Below are positions 53,004 to 62,266 of a stretch of DNA of 64,000 nucleotides, piece after piece (positions within the stretch are counted from its first letter, which is position 1; every line of letters starts with the position of its first letter). The stretch comes from an uncultured Fibrobacteraceae bacterium (GTDB lineage: Bacteria; Krumholzibacteriota; Krumholzibacteriia; LZORAL124-64-63), in assembly GCA_964524645.1 (NCBI GenBank), contig CAZGEC010000001.1, positions 179,994 to 243,993 of the forward strand, written 5' to 3'. The translations under genes and the position numbers were made by a program. The notes beneath the pieces are model-generated. The model was not told the origin of the DNA and made no database searches. It saw only the letters and a list, made by a program, of their open reading frames with translations.

Positions 53004-53027
53004 GTCGCCGGGAGGCCTTCCGGCGAC
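53004..53027 (+). terminator. Putative terminator hairpin after the cytochrome gene
   Basis: GTCGCCGG-gaggcctt-CCGGCGAC gives an 8-bp GC stem 5 nt after the stop. There is no U-tract, so this is weak. Confidence 0.3.
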
Positions 53028-53133
53028 CGAACGCACAGCTGACGAGGATCCGGTGGGGAGGCAGGCCCTGCGGTCCCGGGCTCCTGACGCCCATGACTGC
53101 GGGGCCTGCCGCGTCGCGGCGCCGGGCCGCCGC

Positions 53134-53466
53134 TCAGGCGGTCGGCAGGTCGTCGATCTTGGCGGCCAGGATGAAGTCGCTCTCGGTCAGGCCGTCGATC
53201 TTGTGCGTCCAGATCTCGATGCGGACCCGGCCCCAGCTCAGGTACAGATCAGGATGGTGATTCTCCGTCTCGGCCAGCTCCCCCACCCGGTCGACGAAGG
53301 CCAGGGCCTGCCGGAAATCGGGGAAGCTGAAGCTGCGGCTCAGATGGTGATCGTTCACCACCTCCCAGTCCGGGACCTCGGGATGTAGCTCGGCGATCTG
53401 CGGCGCCGACAGGGGCGGAACGCCCCCCCGGCAGGGGATGCAGGACTTGCGCGCCAGCTGGTTCAT
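53134..53466 (-). CDS. phhB: Pterin-4a-carbinolamine dehydratase
   Basis: 110 aa. CIPCRGGVPPL...W.......L.R.F.F.DF..A..F...V...AE...HHPDL...W..V.I.L.TH is the PCD/DCoH signature. Confidence 0.85.
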   Translation of the reverse strand: MNQLARKSCIPCRGGVPPLSAPQIAELHPEVPDWEVVNDHHLSRSFSFPDFRQALAFVDRVGELAETENHHPDLYLSWGRVRIEIWTHKIDGLTESDFILAAKIDDLPTA

Positions 53467-53807
53467 GAGGGCATCCTCCTCGCGTCATGTCCAGGATCCG
53501 CAGCGGCCGCGGTGGGCCGGCTCCCGCTGCAGATTGCAATGGCCTGTTCGTCTTCGTGTGCCGGCCGGATGAATCGATCGTGACCGGCGGCCGCCGAGCG
53601 GCTGCCGGACCTCGCATGGGCCGGACCGCAAAGAATAGAGGCGATCGGCAGCCTCGGCAAGCCGCACGGAGCGAAGGCGTAGCGCCGGCGGATCGATAAA
53701 GTCGGCAGCCCCGCGACTTGCACGATGTGCTATATTGGAGGGTGATCCGCCCGCCTGGACCGGCCGGGCGAGCGGGAGACGCCGGACGAGAAGTGATCGG
53801 AAGGGAC

Positions 53808-54923
53808 ATGGACGAGCACACACAGCCAGAGGCCGCAGGGTCTTCCGAGAACCAGGAAGAGGATTTCGCCCAGCTGCTGGAGCAGAGCGGCGAGACGGCC
53901 GAGCTGAGCCCGGGCGCACCGGTGACCGGGGTCATCATACAGATCGGGGAGAACGATGCCTTCGTGGACTGCGGAGGACGCAGCGAGCTGCCCATCGCCA
54001 CGGCGGAGCTGCAGGACGAGAACGGCAAGCTGCTGTACCAGGTGGGCGACCAGCTGACCGCGCACGTCCAGGCGGTCGGCGAGGAGCTACGCCTGACCCT
54101 CTCCCTGGATCTGCGGGACGGCGACCTGACCGCCCTGCTGAAGGCCCAGGAGGACGGCACGCCGGTCACCGGAACGGTCCGCGAGATCAACAAGGGCGGG
54201 CTCAGCGTGGACCTGGCCGGCCGGCGCGCCTTCTGCCCCTACTCGCAGATCGAGCTGCGCCGTGTGGACAACGCCGAGCAGTACGTCGGACGCAGCCTGA
54301 GCTTCCGCATCCTGGAGATGAGCGAGGACGGCCGGAACATCGTGATCTCCCGTCGCGCGCTGCTTCAGGAGGAACGCGACCAGATCGCCCAGGAAACGCG
54401 ATCCAGCCTGGCCGTGGGCGACGTGCGCGAGGGCGTGGTGACCCGCCTGGCTCCCTTCGGCGCCTTCGTGGACATCGGCGGCATCGAGGGGCTGGTCCAC
54501 ATCTCCCAGATCTCCTACGCCCGCATCGACGATCCCGCGTCCATCTTGCAGGTGGGACAGATCGTCAAGGTCAAGGTGCTCGAGATCCAGAACCTGGGCG
54601 GCGGACGCCGCGAGCGGATCAGCCTCTCCATGAAGGCGCTGGCCGATGATCCCTGGCCGGCCACGGCACGCGCGCTCAAGGTGGGGGAAGAAGTTCTGGG
54701 CCAGGTCGTGCGCCTGACCGACTTCGGCGCCTTCGTCGAGTTGCAGCCGGGCGTTCAGGGTTTGATCCACATCTCGGAGCTCGCCCCGCACCGCATCCAC
54801 CATCCCGACGAGATCGTCCAGCCGGGTCAGGAGGTCCGGGTGCGCATTCTGGACGTGGACACCGCGCGCCGTCGCATCTCTCTCTCCCTCAAGGACACCG
54901 TCCAGGGCGACGCGGAGGATTGA
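53808..54923 (+). CDS. S1 RNA-binding domain protein (four S1-like domains)
   Basis: Start M31 of the track ORF. Repeated G..V.G.V......G.FV.....GL.H.S..... S1 motifs (GTVREINKGGLSVDL, GVVTRLAPFGAFVDIGGIEGLVHISQIS, GQVVRLTDFGAFVELQPGVQGLIHISEL). Acidic N-terminus. Confidence 0.75.
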   Translation: MDEHTQPEAAGSSENQEEDFAQLLEQSGETAELSPGAPVTGVIIQIGENDAFVDCGGRSELPIATAELQDENGKLLYQVGDQLTAHVQAVGEELRLTLSLDLRDGDLTALLKAQEDGTPVTGTVREINKGGLSVDLAGRRAFCPYSQIELRRVDNAEQYVGRSLSFRILEMSEDGRNIVISRRALLQEERDQIAQETRSSLAVGDVREGVVTRLAPFGAFVDIGGIEGLVHISQISYARIDDPASILQVGQIVKVKVLEIQNLGGGRRERISLSMKALADDPWPATARALKVGEEVLGQVVRLTDFGAFVELQPGVQGLIHISELAPHRIHHPDEIVQPGQEVRVRILDVDTARRRISLSLKDTVQGDAED

Positions 54924-54953
54924 GCCGGCCGGCCACCGCGGGCGTCGGCGATC

Positions 54954-56156
54954 TCAGCCTGCGGCCTCGCGCCGCAAGTCGGTGACCACGGCCACGATGC
55001 GTTCGGCGGCGAAATCGACTTCCTCCTGCGTCGTGAAACGACCGAGGCTGACGCGCAGGCTGGCCCGCGCGAGCTCCTCCGGCAAGCCCAGGGCCGTCAG
55101 GATCGGCGAGGGTTCCGTCGCGCTGCTGGAGCAGGCCGAACTCGAGCTGACGGCCAGCACCGTGAGCGCGCCGAGCAGGCGGTGGGCCCGCACCCCCGCG
55201 AAGCTGAAATTCAGATATCCCGGGAGCCGCCGCCGCGGGCAACCGTTCAGGTGCACCCCCTCCAGGGCGCCGGTGACGGCCGCCAGCAGGCGGTCCCGCA
55301 GCCGGGCGAGACGCACCCCCTCCGCCGCCATTTCCTGCCGGGCCAGGCGGCAGGCCTCGCCCAGGGCGACGATGCCGGGCACGTTGAGCGTCCCCGCTCT
55401 CAGTCCCCGCTCCTGGCCTCCCCCTTCCTGCAGCGGAGACAGGGCAACCCGGGGATCCCGGCGCCGGACGTAGAGAGCCCCCACTCCCTTGGGCGCGTAG
55501 ATCTTGTGCCCCGAGAGTGAGAGCAGGTCGATCCCGTCGGCCGCGACGTCCAGCGGCACCTTGCCGGCCGCCTGCGCCGCGTCCGCATGGAAGAGCACAC
55601 CCCGCTCCTTGCAGAGCCGGCCGATCTCCCGGACGGGCTGGAGGGTCCCCAGCTCGTTCTGGGCCGCGAGGACCGAGACCAGGACCGTTTGCGGGGTGAG
55701 CGCGGCGGTGAGCGCCGCCGGTTCCAGCACGCCGTCCGGGCCTACCGGGACGCGCGTTACGCGCCAGCCTTCGCGCTCCAACCGCGCCGCGGGCGCGGCC
55801 ACCGACGCATGCTCCACGTTGCTGATGACCATGCGGCGTCCCTTCCCGGCGTAACGCTCCGCCACGCCCCGCAGGGCCAGGTTGTTGGACTCGGTGGCGC
55901 CAGAGGTGAAGACGATCTCGCGGGCCGTCGCGCCGATCAGCCCGGCCACCTCCTCGCGCGCCTCCTCCACCAGACGGGCGGCGGCCCAGCCGTAGGCGTG
56001 CGTGTTGCTGGCCGGATTGCCGAAGTGCGTGCGCAGCACCTCGACGAGCCTGGCCAGCACCCGCTCGTCGACGGGAGTGGTGGCGGCGTGATCGAGATAG
56101 ACAGGGGTTTGCAGTGTTCCGCTCCTGGACAGGGTCTCGCGCGCCGGGATGCGCAT
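54954..56156 (-). CDS. Cysteine desulfurase (NifS/IscS-like, class V aminotransferase)
   Basis: Start M262 of the 661-aa track ORF; the upstream part is antisense to the SDR gene. Motifs YLDHAATTP, TSGATESNN, PLP-Lys region SLSGHKIYAPKGVGALYVRR and catalytic-Cys loop. Confidence 0.85.
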   Translation of the reverse strand: MRIPARETLSRSGTLQTPVYLDHAATTPVDERVLARLVEVLRTHFGNPASNTHAYGWAAARLVEEAREEVAGLIGATAREIVFTSGATESNNLALRGVAERYAGKGRRMVISNVEHASVAAPAARLEREGWRVTRVPVGPDGVLEPAALTAALTPQTVLVSVLAAQNELGTLQPVREIGRLCKERGVLFHADAAQAAGKVPLDVAADGIDLLSLSGHKIYAPKGVGALYVRRRDPRVALSPLQEGGGQERGLRAGTLNVPGIVALGEACRLARQEMAAEGVRLARLRDRLLAAVTGALEGVHLNGCPRRRLPGYLNFSFAGVRAHRLLGALTVLAVSSSSACSSSATEPSPILTALGLPEELARASLRVSLGRFTTQEEVDFAAERIVAVVTDLRREAAG

Positions 56157-56279
56157 TCGCGCACAATCTAGCACGGATCGGCCCGCCGGCCGCGACGTTC
56201 GTGGCGGCATCGCCGCCGCTGCGGTATCCATGTGGGCGGTGCAACGTGCAGGTGGTCGTACTGGAAGGAGGACTGCAGC

Positions 56280-56879
56280 ATGCGCGTCGTCCTGATCGGT
56301 GCCTCCGGCACCATCGGCAGCGCGGTCGGGAAGCTCCTGGCCGAGCGACACGAGATCGTCGCGGTGGGGCGCAAGAGCGGCGACATCCACGCCGACATCA
56401 CCGTACCGGCCTCCCTGCGCGAGATGTACGAGCGGGTCGGTTCCTGTGACGCCGTGGTGGTGGCCGCGGGCGAGGCCCGCTTCGGCGAGATGAAGGATCT
56501 GGACGAGGAGGGCTACCTGTTCTGCCTGACACACAAGCTGCTCGGCCAGGTCAACGTGGTCCGGCTCGGGCTCGACGCGGTCCAGCGCGGCGGCTCGTTC
56601 ACGCTGACCAGCGGGGTGCTGGCCAGCGAGCCCACGCGCGGCAGCACAGGGATCAGCCTGGTCAACGCGGCCCTCGAGGGCTTCACGCGGGCGGCCATGC
56701 TGGAACTCGAGGGACGGCGCATCAACGTGGTCAGCCCGCCCTGGGTGAGCGAGACTCTGCAGGCGCTGGGGCGGGATTCGGCCCGGGGCCTGCCGGCCGC
56801 CACGGTGGCGCGCGCCTACCGCGAGTCCGTCGAGGGCAAGCGCAATGGCGAGGCGATCGACGCACGGAAGTTCGCCTGA
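56280..56879 (+). CDS. Short atypical SDR / NAD(P)-binding Rossmann-fold oxidoreductase
   Basis: Start M17 of the track ORF with GGAAGGAGGA RBS. MRVVLIGASGTIGSAVGKLL is a glycine-rich dinucleotide-binding motif. ~199 aa. Confidence 0.7.
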   Translation: MRVVLIGASGTIGSAVGKLLAERHEIVAVGRKSGDIHADITVPASLREMYERVGSCDAVVVAAGEARFGEMKDLDEEGYLFCLTHKLLGQVNVVRLGLDAVQRGGSFTLTSGVLASEPTRGSTGISLVNAALEGFTRAAMLELEGRRINVVSPPWVSETLQALGRDSARGLPAATVARAYRESVEGKRNGEAIDARKFA

Positions 56880-56913
56880 GCGGACGCGTGCCGAGGTCGC
56901 AGCCGCCGGATGG

Positions 56914-58305
56914 TCAGCGGCGGGATTCCAGGAAGGCAATGATGGCGTCGAGCTCTCCGGGAGCCAGGATCGCCCCGTAGGCCGGCATGTTGTAGCCGCC
57001 GTTGAGGATGCGGATCACCAACTCGTCCTTGGTGAGCAGGGCGCCGATGTGGCTGAGGTCCGGCCCTCGCCGGCCGCCCTGGCCCGAGATGCGGTGGCAG
57101 AAGATGCAGGCGCGGTCGTGGAAGAGCACCGCTCCCTGCTGCACCGTGCCATTGCTCGACGCGACGACCGACGCCGGCAAGGGCTTGGCGTCGAAGTGCG
57201 GCGACCAGTCGGCGTGCACGCCCGAGACGGTCAAGGCCCCCCAGATGGTCACCCCCGCCACAACCGTGCCGACGGCCCACGGCCGCCGCCGCACGGCGCG
57301 TTCGCCGGCCGGGGCCAGCAACGGCACCAGGAGCAGGATCGCCCCCAGCAGCAGCGGGCCCAGGATGATGACGTAGCTCTCCAGCCCGTGCGGCATCAGG
57401 GCCAGCAGCGCGAAGTAGAACAGGAAATACCAGTCCGGCCGCGGCTCGGCTTGGACGATCGTCGGGTCGGCCGGCCGCGACAGCTCCGGCGCGCCGACCA
57501 GCCAGGCCAGCAGCACGATGACGCCCACGACCAGCATGCCAAACACGGCATCGCGCCAGATAGCGTCGGGCCAGAAGGGCACACCCCGCTCCCCCAGCAT
57601 GCGGTGATACCAGCCGCGATACACCGTCGGGTCCACCGGCCGGCCTGCGCGGGGCGGCTCGGAAACCCCGTTGCGTAGCACCAGGTGGAGATGCAGGCCC
57701 AGCAGCGCCAGCAGCAGGCCCGGCAGGACGAACACGTGCAGGCTGAAGAAGCGGCTCAGCGTGTCGCTCCCCAGCGTCGGACCGCCCAGCAGCAACCGAC
57801 CCATCCAGGTGCCGATGAAGGGTGTCCGGCCCGCCTGCTCCGCGCCCACGACCACCGTCCAGATGGCGTTCTGATCGAAGCGCAGCAGCTGGCCGGTGAA
57901 ACCCATGCCGAGCGTGAAGAGCAGCAGGAAGCTGCCGGACAGCCAGCTCACCTCGCGCGGGAACTTGAAGGACCCGGTCAGAAAGACGCGGATCATGTGC
58001 AGGACGGCCAGGCCGACCATCGCTGAGGCGCCGAAGAAGTGCATTCCGCGCAGCAGGTGCCCCACCGGCGCACCGTCGTCGATGAAGCGCAGGCTCTCGT
58101 AGGCCTCGTTGGTGCCGGGAACGTAGAGGGCGGCCAGGGCGGCCCCGGTCACGATCTGCACCAGGAACGCCGTCAGTGTCGCGCTGCCGAAGACGTAGAG
58201 CCAGGTCGCCTCGGGCGGAACGGGGTGCTTCAGGAGCGGTCCCAGCTGGCCGGCCAGGCCGGTACGGTCCTCGAACCAGCGTCCGATGGCGCGCAAGGAA
58301 AACAT
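56914..58305 (-). CDS. Cytochrome b (bc complex) fused to C-terminal monohaem cytochrome c domain
   Basis: Start M14 of the track ORF (GGAGAGGA RBS). Cytochrome b N-terminal (haem-ligand His in GAS..VGLAVLHMIRVF and LHVFVLPGLLLALLGLHLHLV) plus subunit-IV-like helices. The C-terminal domain carries CIFCH and ...GGYNMPAYG. Confidence 0.8.
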   Translation of the reverse strand: MFSLRAIGRWFEDRTGLAGQLGPLLKHPVPPEATWLYVFGSATLTAFLVQIVTGAALAALYVPGTNEAYESLRFIDDGAPVGHLLRGMHFFGASAMVGLAVLHMIRVFLTGSFKFPREVSWLSGSFLLLFTLGMGFTGQLLRFDQNAIWTVVVGAEQAGRTPFIGTWMGRLLLGGPTLGSDTLSRFFSLHVFVLPGLLLALLGLHLHLVLRNGVSEPPRAGRPVDPTVYRGWYHRMLGERGVPFWPDAIWRDAVFGMLVVGVIVLLAWLVGAPELSRPADPTIVQAEPRPDWYFLFYFALLALMPHGLESYVIILGPLLLGAILLLVPLLAPAGERAVRRRPWAVGTVVAGVTIWGALTVSGVHADWSPHFDAKPLPASVVASSNGTVQQGAVLFHDRACIFCHRISGQGGRRGPDLSHIGALLTKDELVIRILNGGYNMPAYGAILAPGELDAIIAFLESRR

Positions 58306-58366
58306 GCCGTCCTCTCCTGTCCGCCGCCGGCGGCTGCGGCGCACCGGGCCGCCGCGGCCGGAGGGC

Positions 58367-58957
58367 TTACATGATGGGCAACGGCGCGGTCCTGATCTCG
58401 ACCTGCCCCTTCTTGACCCGCACCTGGTAGCGGATCAGCGGGTGCGGCGGCGGACCGCCGGCCACCTTGCCGTCCGCATAGTAGACCCCGCCGTGGCAGG
58501 GACACATGAACAGCTGCGCGCTCGCCTCCCACCGCACCGGGCAGCCGAGGTGCGTGCAGTCCAGGGCGAAGGCCGTGAACTCGTCCTGGCCGTCCCGCCG
58601 CAGCCAGGCGCCGCTCTTGCCGATGGGTCCGGCCCAGGAGCGGGCGTCCGCATCCCGGAAGCTGATCTCCACCGTCTCGCCCACGCTGAACTTGTCCACC
58701 GGTCCGACGGCGCGCCACACGTGGCGCGGACGGCGGAAGACCGGAGCCAGGACGAACGTCACCACCGGCGCGGCGACGACCAGGCTCACCAGCCCGCCGA
58801 GGCCGACGCACAGGCGGGAAAGAAAACGGCGGCGATCCAGCTCGGCCGCCGAGCCCGGACCCGGATCCGGTTCACCCACTCCGCCCGCTCCGCCGCCAGC
58901 CTCCCCCGCGGCCGCCGCGAGGTGCCGGCAGCGGCAGTCCTCATTCGCTCTCGTCAT
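58367..58957 (-). CDS. Rieske [2Fe-2S] subunit of cytochrome bc complex, Tat signal
   Basis: Twin-arginine motif RRRFLSRL. Rieske boxes CTHLGC and CPCHGG. Confidence 0.85.
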   Translation of the reverse strand: MTRANEDCRCRHLAAAAGEAGGGAGGVGEPDPGPGSAAELDRRRFLSRLCVGLGGLVSLVVAAPVVTFVLAPVFRRPRHVWRAVGPVDKFSVGETVEISFRDADARSWAGPIGKSGAWLRRDGQDEFTAFALDCTHLGCPVRWEASAQLFMCPCHGGVYYADGKVAGGPPPHPLIRYQVRVKKGQVEIRTAPLPIM

Positions 58958-59201
58958 GGCGCACGTCTCCGAGCCAGCCGGCGGCCGCCAGCAGGACGGC
59001 CGCCGATCCCACCACGATCAGCCAGACGGAGGTCAGCACGCCCCACAGGCCGAAGCAGATCCCCGCGGCCAGCACCGAGGGCCAGTAGGTCGGCCGGGGC
59101 ACCACCCCCGGCCGTGGCGGACGCCATTCCACCGGCAACCCTTCGCGCTCCGAACCGTCCGGCGGGGAACCGCTGCGTCCGGTCGTCTGGTCAGCCGTCA
59201 T
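58941..59201 (-). CDS. Small two-TM membrane protein (hypothetical; possibly oxidase/bc accessory subunit)
   Basis: 86 aa, hydrophobic core SVLAAGICFGLWGVLTSVWLIVVGSAAVLLAAAGWL. Embedded in the respiratory operon. Confidence 0.4.
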   Translation of the reverse strand: MTADQTTGRSGSPPDGSEREGLPVEWRPPRPGVVPRPTYWPSVLAAGICFGLWGVLTSVWLIVVGSAAVLLAAAGWLGDVRHDESE

Positions 59202-59223
59202 CGTCGACTCCTTCGCTCCGCGT

Positions 59224-60033
59224 TCACGGGGTTCCCTCCCGGCCCGACTCGCGGTACCAGCGCCAGTACGCCGCCAGGAGAGCCCACAGGAAGAAGATCA
59301 TGCCGACCACCCACATGACCAGCCCGCCCAGCTGCTGATCCGCCGCGGGATCCAGATCCCAGTCCCGGCGCAGGAACGCCAGCACGGTCGAATGGCCGAT
59401 CGGTCGATCGTACAGGGGATAAAGGCCCGGTGAAGTGAAGGTCAGCACGGCCCCGAGCACCGAATTCGCCGTTCCGGCCAGAAACAGGTAGATCAGGGCC
59501 GTCGGGGCCCGCAGCCGATGCTCCGGAAGCGGCGAGAGGATCGGCCACCAGAAGATCGTGGCCGTCACCAGGAAGCTCAGATGCTGGCAGATGTGCACCT
59601 TCTCGTGCGCCAGCGCGAGATTGTAGAGCACGGGCAGATGCCAAGCGTAGAGGGTGATCACGGCGATCAACCAGGCCAGCACCGGCCGGCCCAGCACCCG
59701 TTCCACCGCCGCGGCGGGCCGCCAGGCCAGCAGCTCTCGGGCCGCGCGTCCAGTCAGTCCCAGCAGCAGCAGCGGCGGTACCGCGACCAGCAGCAGCATG
59801 TGCTCGAGCATGTGGGCGCTGAACAGATAATCGTCGCCCAGGACGTCCAGGGGGCCGACCAGCGTCAGCATCAGCACGAGGACGCCGGCCGAGTAAAGCA
59901 GCAGCTTCGCCGGCCGCAGCGGCCGTACCAGCGCGATGTAGAGCGCCTCCAGCAGCCCACAGCCGATCGGGATGGACGGAGACCATTCCCAGGACGAGCG
60001 CAAGAGCTCTCCGGTCGTCACAGGAACGCCCAC
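59224..60033 (-). CDS. Caa3-type cytochrome oxidase assembly factor CtaG-like membrane protein
   Basis: 269 aa, 6-7 TM, conserved His residues (SAHMLEHMLLL, HICQHLSFL). Positioned directly after ctaE as in Bacillus ctaCDEFG. Assignment is tentative. Confidence 0.45.
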   Translation of the reverse strand: MGVPVTTGELLRSSWEWSPSIPIGCGLLEALYIALVRPLRPAKLLLYSAGVLVLMLTLVGPLDVLGDDYLFSAHMLEHMLLLVAVPPLLLLGLTGRAARELLAWRPAAAVERVLGRPVLAWLIAVITLYAWHLPVLYNLALAHEKVHICQHLSFLVTATIFWWPILSPLPEHRLRAPTALIYLFLAGTANSVLGAVLTFTSPGLYPLYDRPIGHSTVLAFLRRDWDLDPAADQQLGGLVMWVVGMIFFLWALLAAYWRWYRESGREGTP

Positions 60034-60575
60034 AGGTACACGACGGAAAAGATCACGACCCAGACTCCGTCGACGAAGTGCCAGTAGATGGAGACCGCCT
60101 CCATCTGACCCGGCCGCGGATCGTCCCGACCGCCGGCCAGGCTCAGGCCGAGCATGATGGCGATCAGGACCAGCCCCCCCAGGACGTGCAGCCCGTGGAA
60201 GCCGGTCAGGGTGAAGAAGGTGGTGCCGAACAGGTCCCGGCTGATGGTCACGTCCTTCCTGATCAGCGAGGCGTACTCCAGGCCCTGGCCGGTCAGGAAG
60301 GCCGCCCCCAGCAAGAAGCTGCCCGCCAGTCCGCCGACCAGCTGGCGCGGCGCGCCCCGCCGGAAGCCACGGATGGCCAGGGCCATGGTGGCGCTGCTGC
60401 TGAACAGGAACACCGAGAAGATGCCGGTCTTGAGCAGGTCCAGGCTGTTGGCCGCCGTCGGACCGTTTCCCTGCTGCCGGTGATAAGTCACGTAGGCCAG
60501 CACGAGCAGCAGGAAGAAGACCCCCTCCGACAGGATGAACAGGAGCATGGCCATGCGGGTCTTGTCGCCTCTCAC
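60018..60575 (-). CDS. ctaE: Cytochrome c oxidase subunit III (short form)
   Basis: The conserved part starts at MAMLLFILSEGVFFLLLVLAYVTYH and ends ...EAVSIYWHFVDGVWVVIFSVVYLWAFL. The preferred start is GTG at 60575 (GGAGG 7 nt upstream, GTGA overlap with the ctaD stop); ATG at 60554 is the alternative. The N-terminal part of the track ORF is out-of-frame overlap with ctaD. Confidence 0.75.
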   Translation of the reverse strand: MRGDKTRMAMLLFILSEGVFFLLLVLAYVTYHRQQGNGPTAANSLDLLKTGIFSVFLFSSSATMALAIRGFRRGAPRQLVGGLAGSFLLGAAFLTGQGLEYASLIRKDVTISRDLFGTTFFTLTGFHGLHVLGGLVLIAIMLGLSLAGGRDDPRPGQMEAVSIYWHFVDGVWVVIFSVVYLWAFL

Positions 60576-62266
60576 GTCGCCGCCTCCGTCGCTGGCTTCA
60601 TCGCCGCCCTGCCCTTCCGCGCCCAGTCCGGATCCTCCGGGTGTTCCAGGTCCCACAGCGGCCGCCGGCCGCGCACCGGCGGTACCAGGTCGAAGTTCTC
60701 CGGCGGCGGGGGCGAGCTGACGGCCCACTCCAGCGTCCAGCCGCCCCAGGGATTGGCCGTGGCTGCCCGGCCCCGGCGCAGGCTCCAGACCAGGTTGAAG
60801 AAGAAGAGCAAGATCGAGCTGACCAGCACGTACGCCCCCAGCGAGGCGATCAGGTTCAGCGTGGCGTAGTACGGCAGCGGCAGGTAGGTGAACACCCGCC
60901 GCGGCATCCCCAGCAGCCCCAGAAAGTGCATGCCGAAGAAGGTGGTGTTGAAGCCGACCACCGCCAGCCAGAAGTGGAACTTGCCGATCCGCTCGGAGAG
61001 GTGGCGGCCCGTCATCTTGGGGAACCAGTAGTAGAAGGCCGCGAAGATGGAGAAAACGGTCCCGCCGAAGAGCACGTAATGCAGGTGAGCGACCACGAAG
61101 TAACTGTCGGTCACCTGCCAGTCGATGGGCACGGCGGCGAAGGCCACCCCGCTCAGCCCCCCGATGGTGAACTGGATCAGGAAGGCCGTGGCGAACAGCA
61201 TGCTGGTGGTGAAGCGGATCGATCCACCCCACATGGTGGCGATCCAGTTGAAGATCTTCACGCCGGTGGGAACCGCGATGAGCATGCTGGCCCCGGCGAA
61301 CACGTAGAAGACCGGAAAGCCCAGGCCCGTCGCGAACATGTGGTGGATCCAGACCCCGAAGCTCAGGAAGCCGATCGCCAGGGTGGAGGCGGCCAGGAAG
61401 CCGTAGCCGTAGATGATCTTGCGCGAGAAGACCGGAATCACCTCGCTGATGATCCCGAAGCCGGGCAGGATCAGGATGTAGACCTCCGGGTGCCCGAAGA
61501 TCCAGAAGTAGTTCTGCCAGAGCAGGGCCGAGCCCCCCGCCTGTGGCTCGAAGAAGAGGGCGTTGAGCTGGCGGTCGGCCAGCAGCATGACCAGGGCGGT
61601 GTTCAGGGCCGGCAGCGCCAGGACGATCAGGACGCCGTTGATCAGCACCATCCAGACGAACAGCGGCAGGCGCCGGATGCTCATGCCCGGCACCCGCAGC
61701 TTCATGATGGTCACGATGAGGTTGAGGCCGGCCAGGACCGTGCCGATGCCATTGGCCAGCAAGGCCAGGGCCCAGTAGTCCATGCCGGTGTTGAACGAGT
61801 AGGCCTTCTCGGTCAGCGGCGCGTAGGCGAACCAGCCGGCCGCCGGCGAGCCGCCGGCCAGGAAGCTGAAGTAGAGCATCAGGCCGCTGAAGAAGAACAG
61901 CCAGAATCCCAGCGCGTTGAGCCGCGGAAAGGCCATGTCCCGGGCCCCGATCATCAACGGTACCAGGTACATGGACAGGCCGATGAGCAGCGGCATGGCC
62001 ACCAGGAAGATCATGGTGGTGCCGTGCATGGTGAACAGCTCGTTGTAGGTGTTGGGGGACAGCCAGTGGTTCTCCGGCCTGATCAGCTGGGTCCGCATCA
62101 GGAGCGCGAGCAGCGCCCCCGCCAGGAAGAACATCAGGCTGGTTGCGATGTACATCAGCCCGATCTGCTTGTGGTCGACCGAACTGACCCAGCTGAGGAT
62201 GCCCTTGTACTCCGGGATGCTGAAGACGGTCCGCGCGCGCTCGCGGAGCGCCGTCGCGTCGCTCAT
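60572..62266 (-). CDS. ctaD: Cytochrome c oxidase subunit I
   Basis: Start at MSDATALRERARTVFS (residue 203 of the track ORF). ATGA overlap with the ctaC stop. Classic haem-copper oxidase motifs (WFFGHPEVY, HHMF, HYVL..G). Confidence 0.9.
   Translation of the reverse strand: MSDATALRERARTVFSIPEYKGILSWVSSVDHKQIGLMYIATSLMFFLAGALLALLMRTQLIRPENHWLSPNTYNELFTMHGTTMIFLVAMPLLIGLSMYLVPLMIGARDMAFPRLNALGFWLFFFSGLMLYFSFLAGGSPAAGWFAYAPLTEKAYSFNTGMDYWALALLANGIGTVLAGLNLIVTIMKLRVPGMSIRRLPLFVWMVLINGVLIVLALPALNTALVMLLADRQLNALFFEPQAGGSALLWQNYFWIFGHPEVYILILPGFGIISEVIPVFSRKIIYGYGFLAASTLAIGFLSFGVWIHHMFATGLGFPVFYVFAGASMLIAVPTGVKIFNWIATMWGGSIRFTTSMLFATAFLIQFTIGGLSGVAFAAVPIDWQVTDSYFVVAHLHYVLFGGTVFSIFAAFYYWFPKMTGRHLSERIGKFHFWLAVVGFNTTFFGMHFLGLLGMPRRVFTYLPLPYYATLNLIASLGAYVLVSSILLFFFNLVWSLRRGRAATANPWGGWTLEWAVSSPPPPENFDLVPPVRGRRPLWDLEHPEDPDWARKGRAAMKPATEAAT

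Noticed and set aside
54954-56939. 661-aa ORF suggesting a large fusion protein
   Set aside because: Only the C-terminal 400 aa (from MRIPARE...) is NifS/IscS-like. The N-terminal 260 aa is antisense to the SDR gene 56280..56879 and low-complexity. The real start is taken at 56156.
60018-61232. 404-aa ORF for cytochrome oxidase subunit III
   Set aside because: The N-terminal ~220 codons are an out-of-frame overlap with ctaD. The conserved subunit III sequence begins only at ~60575/60554.
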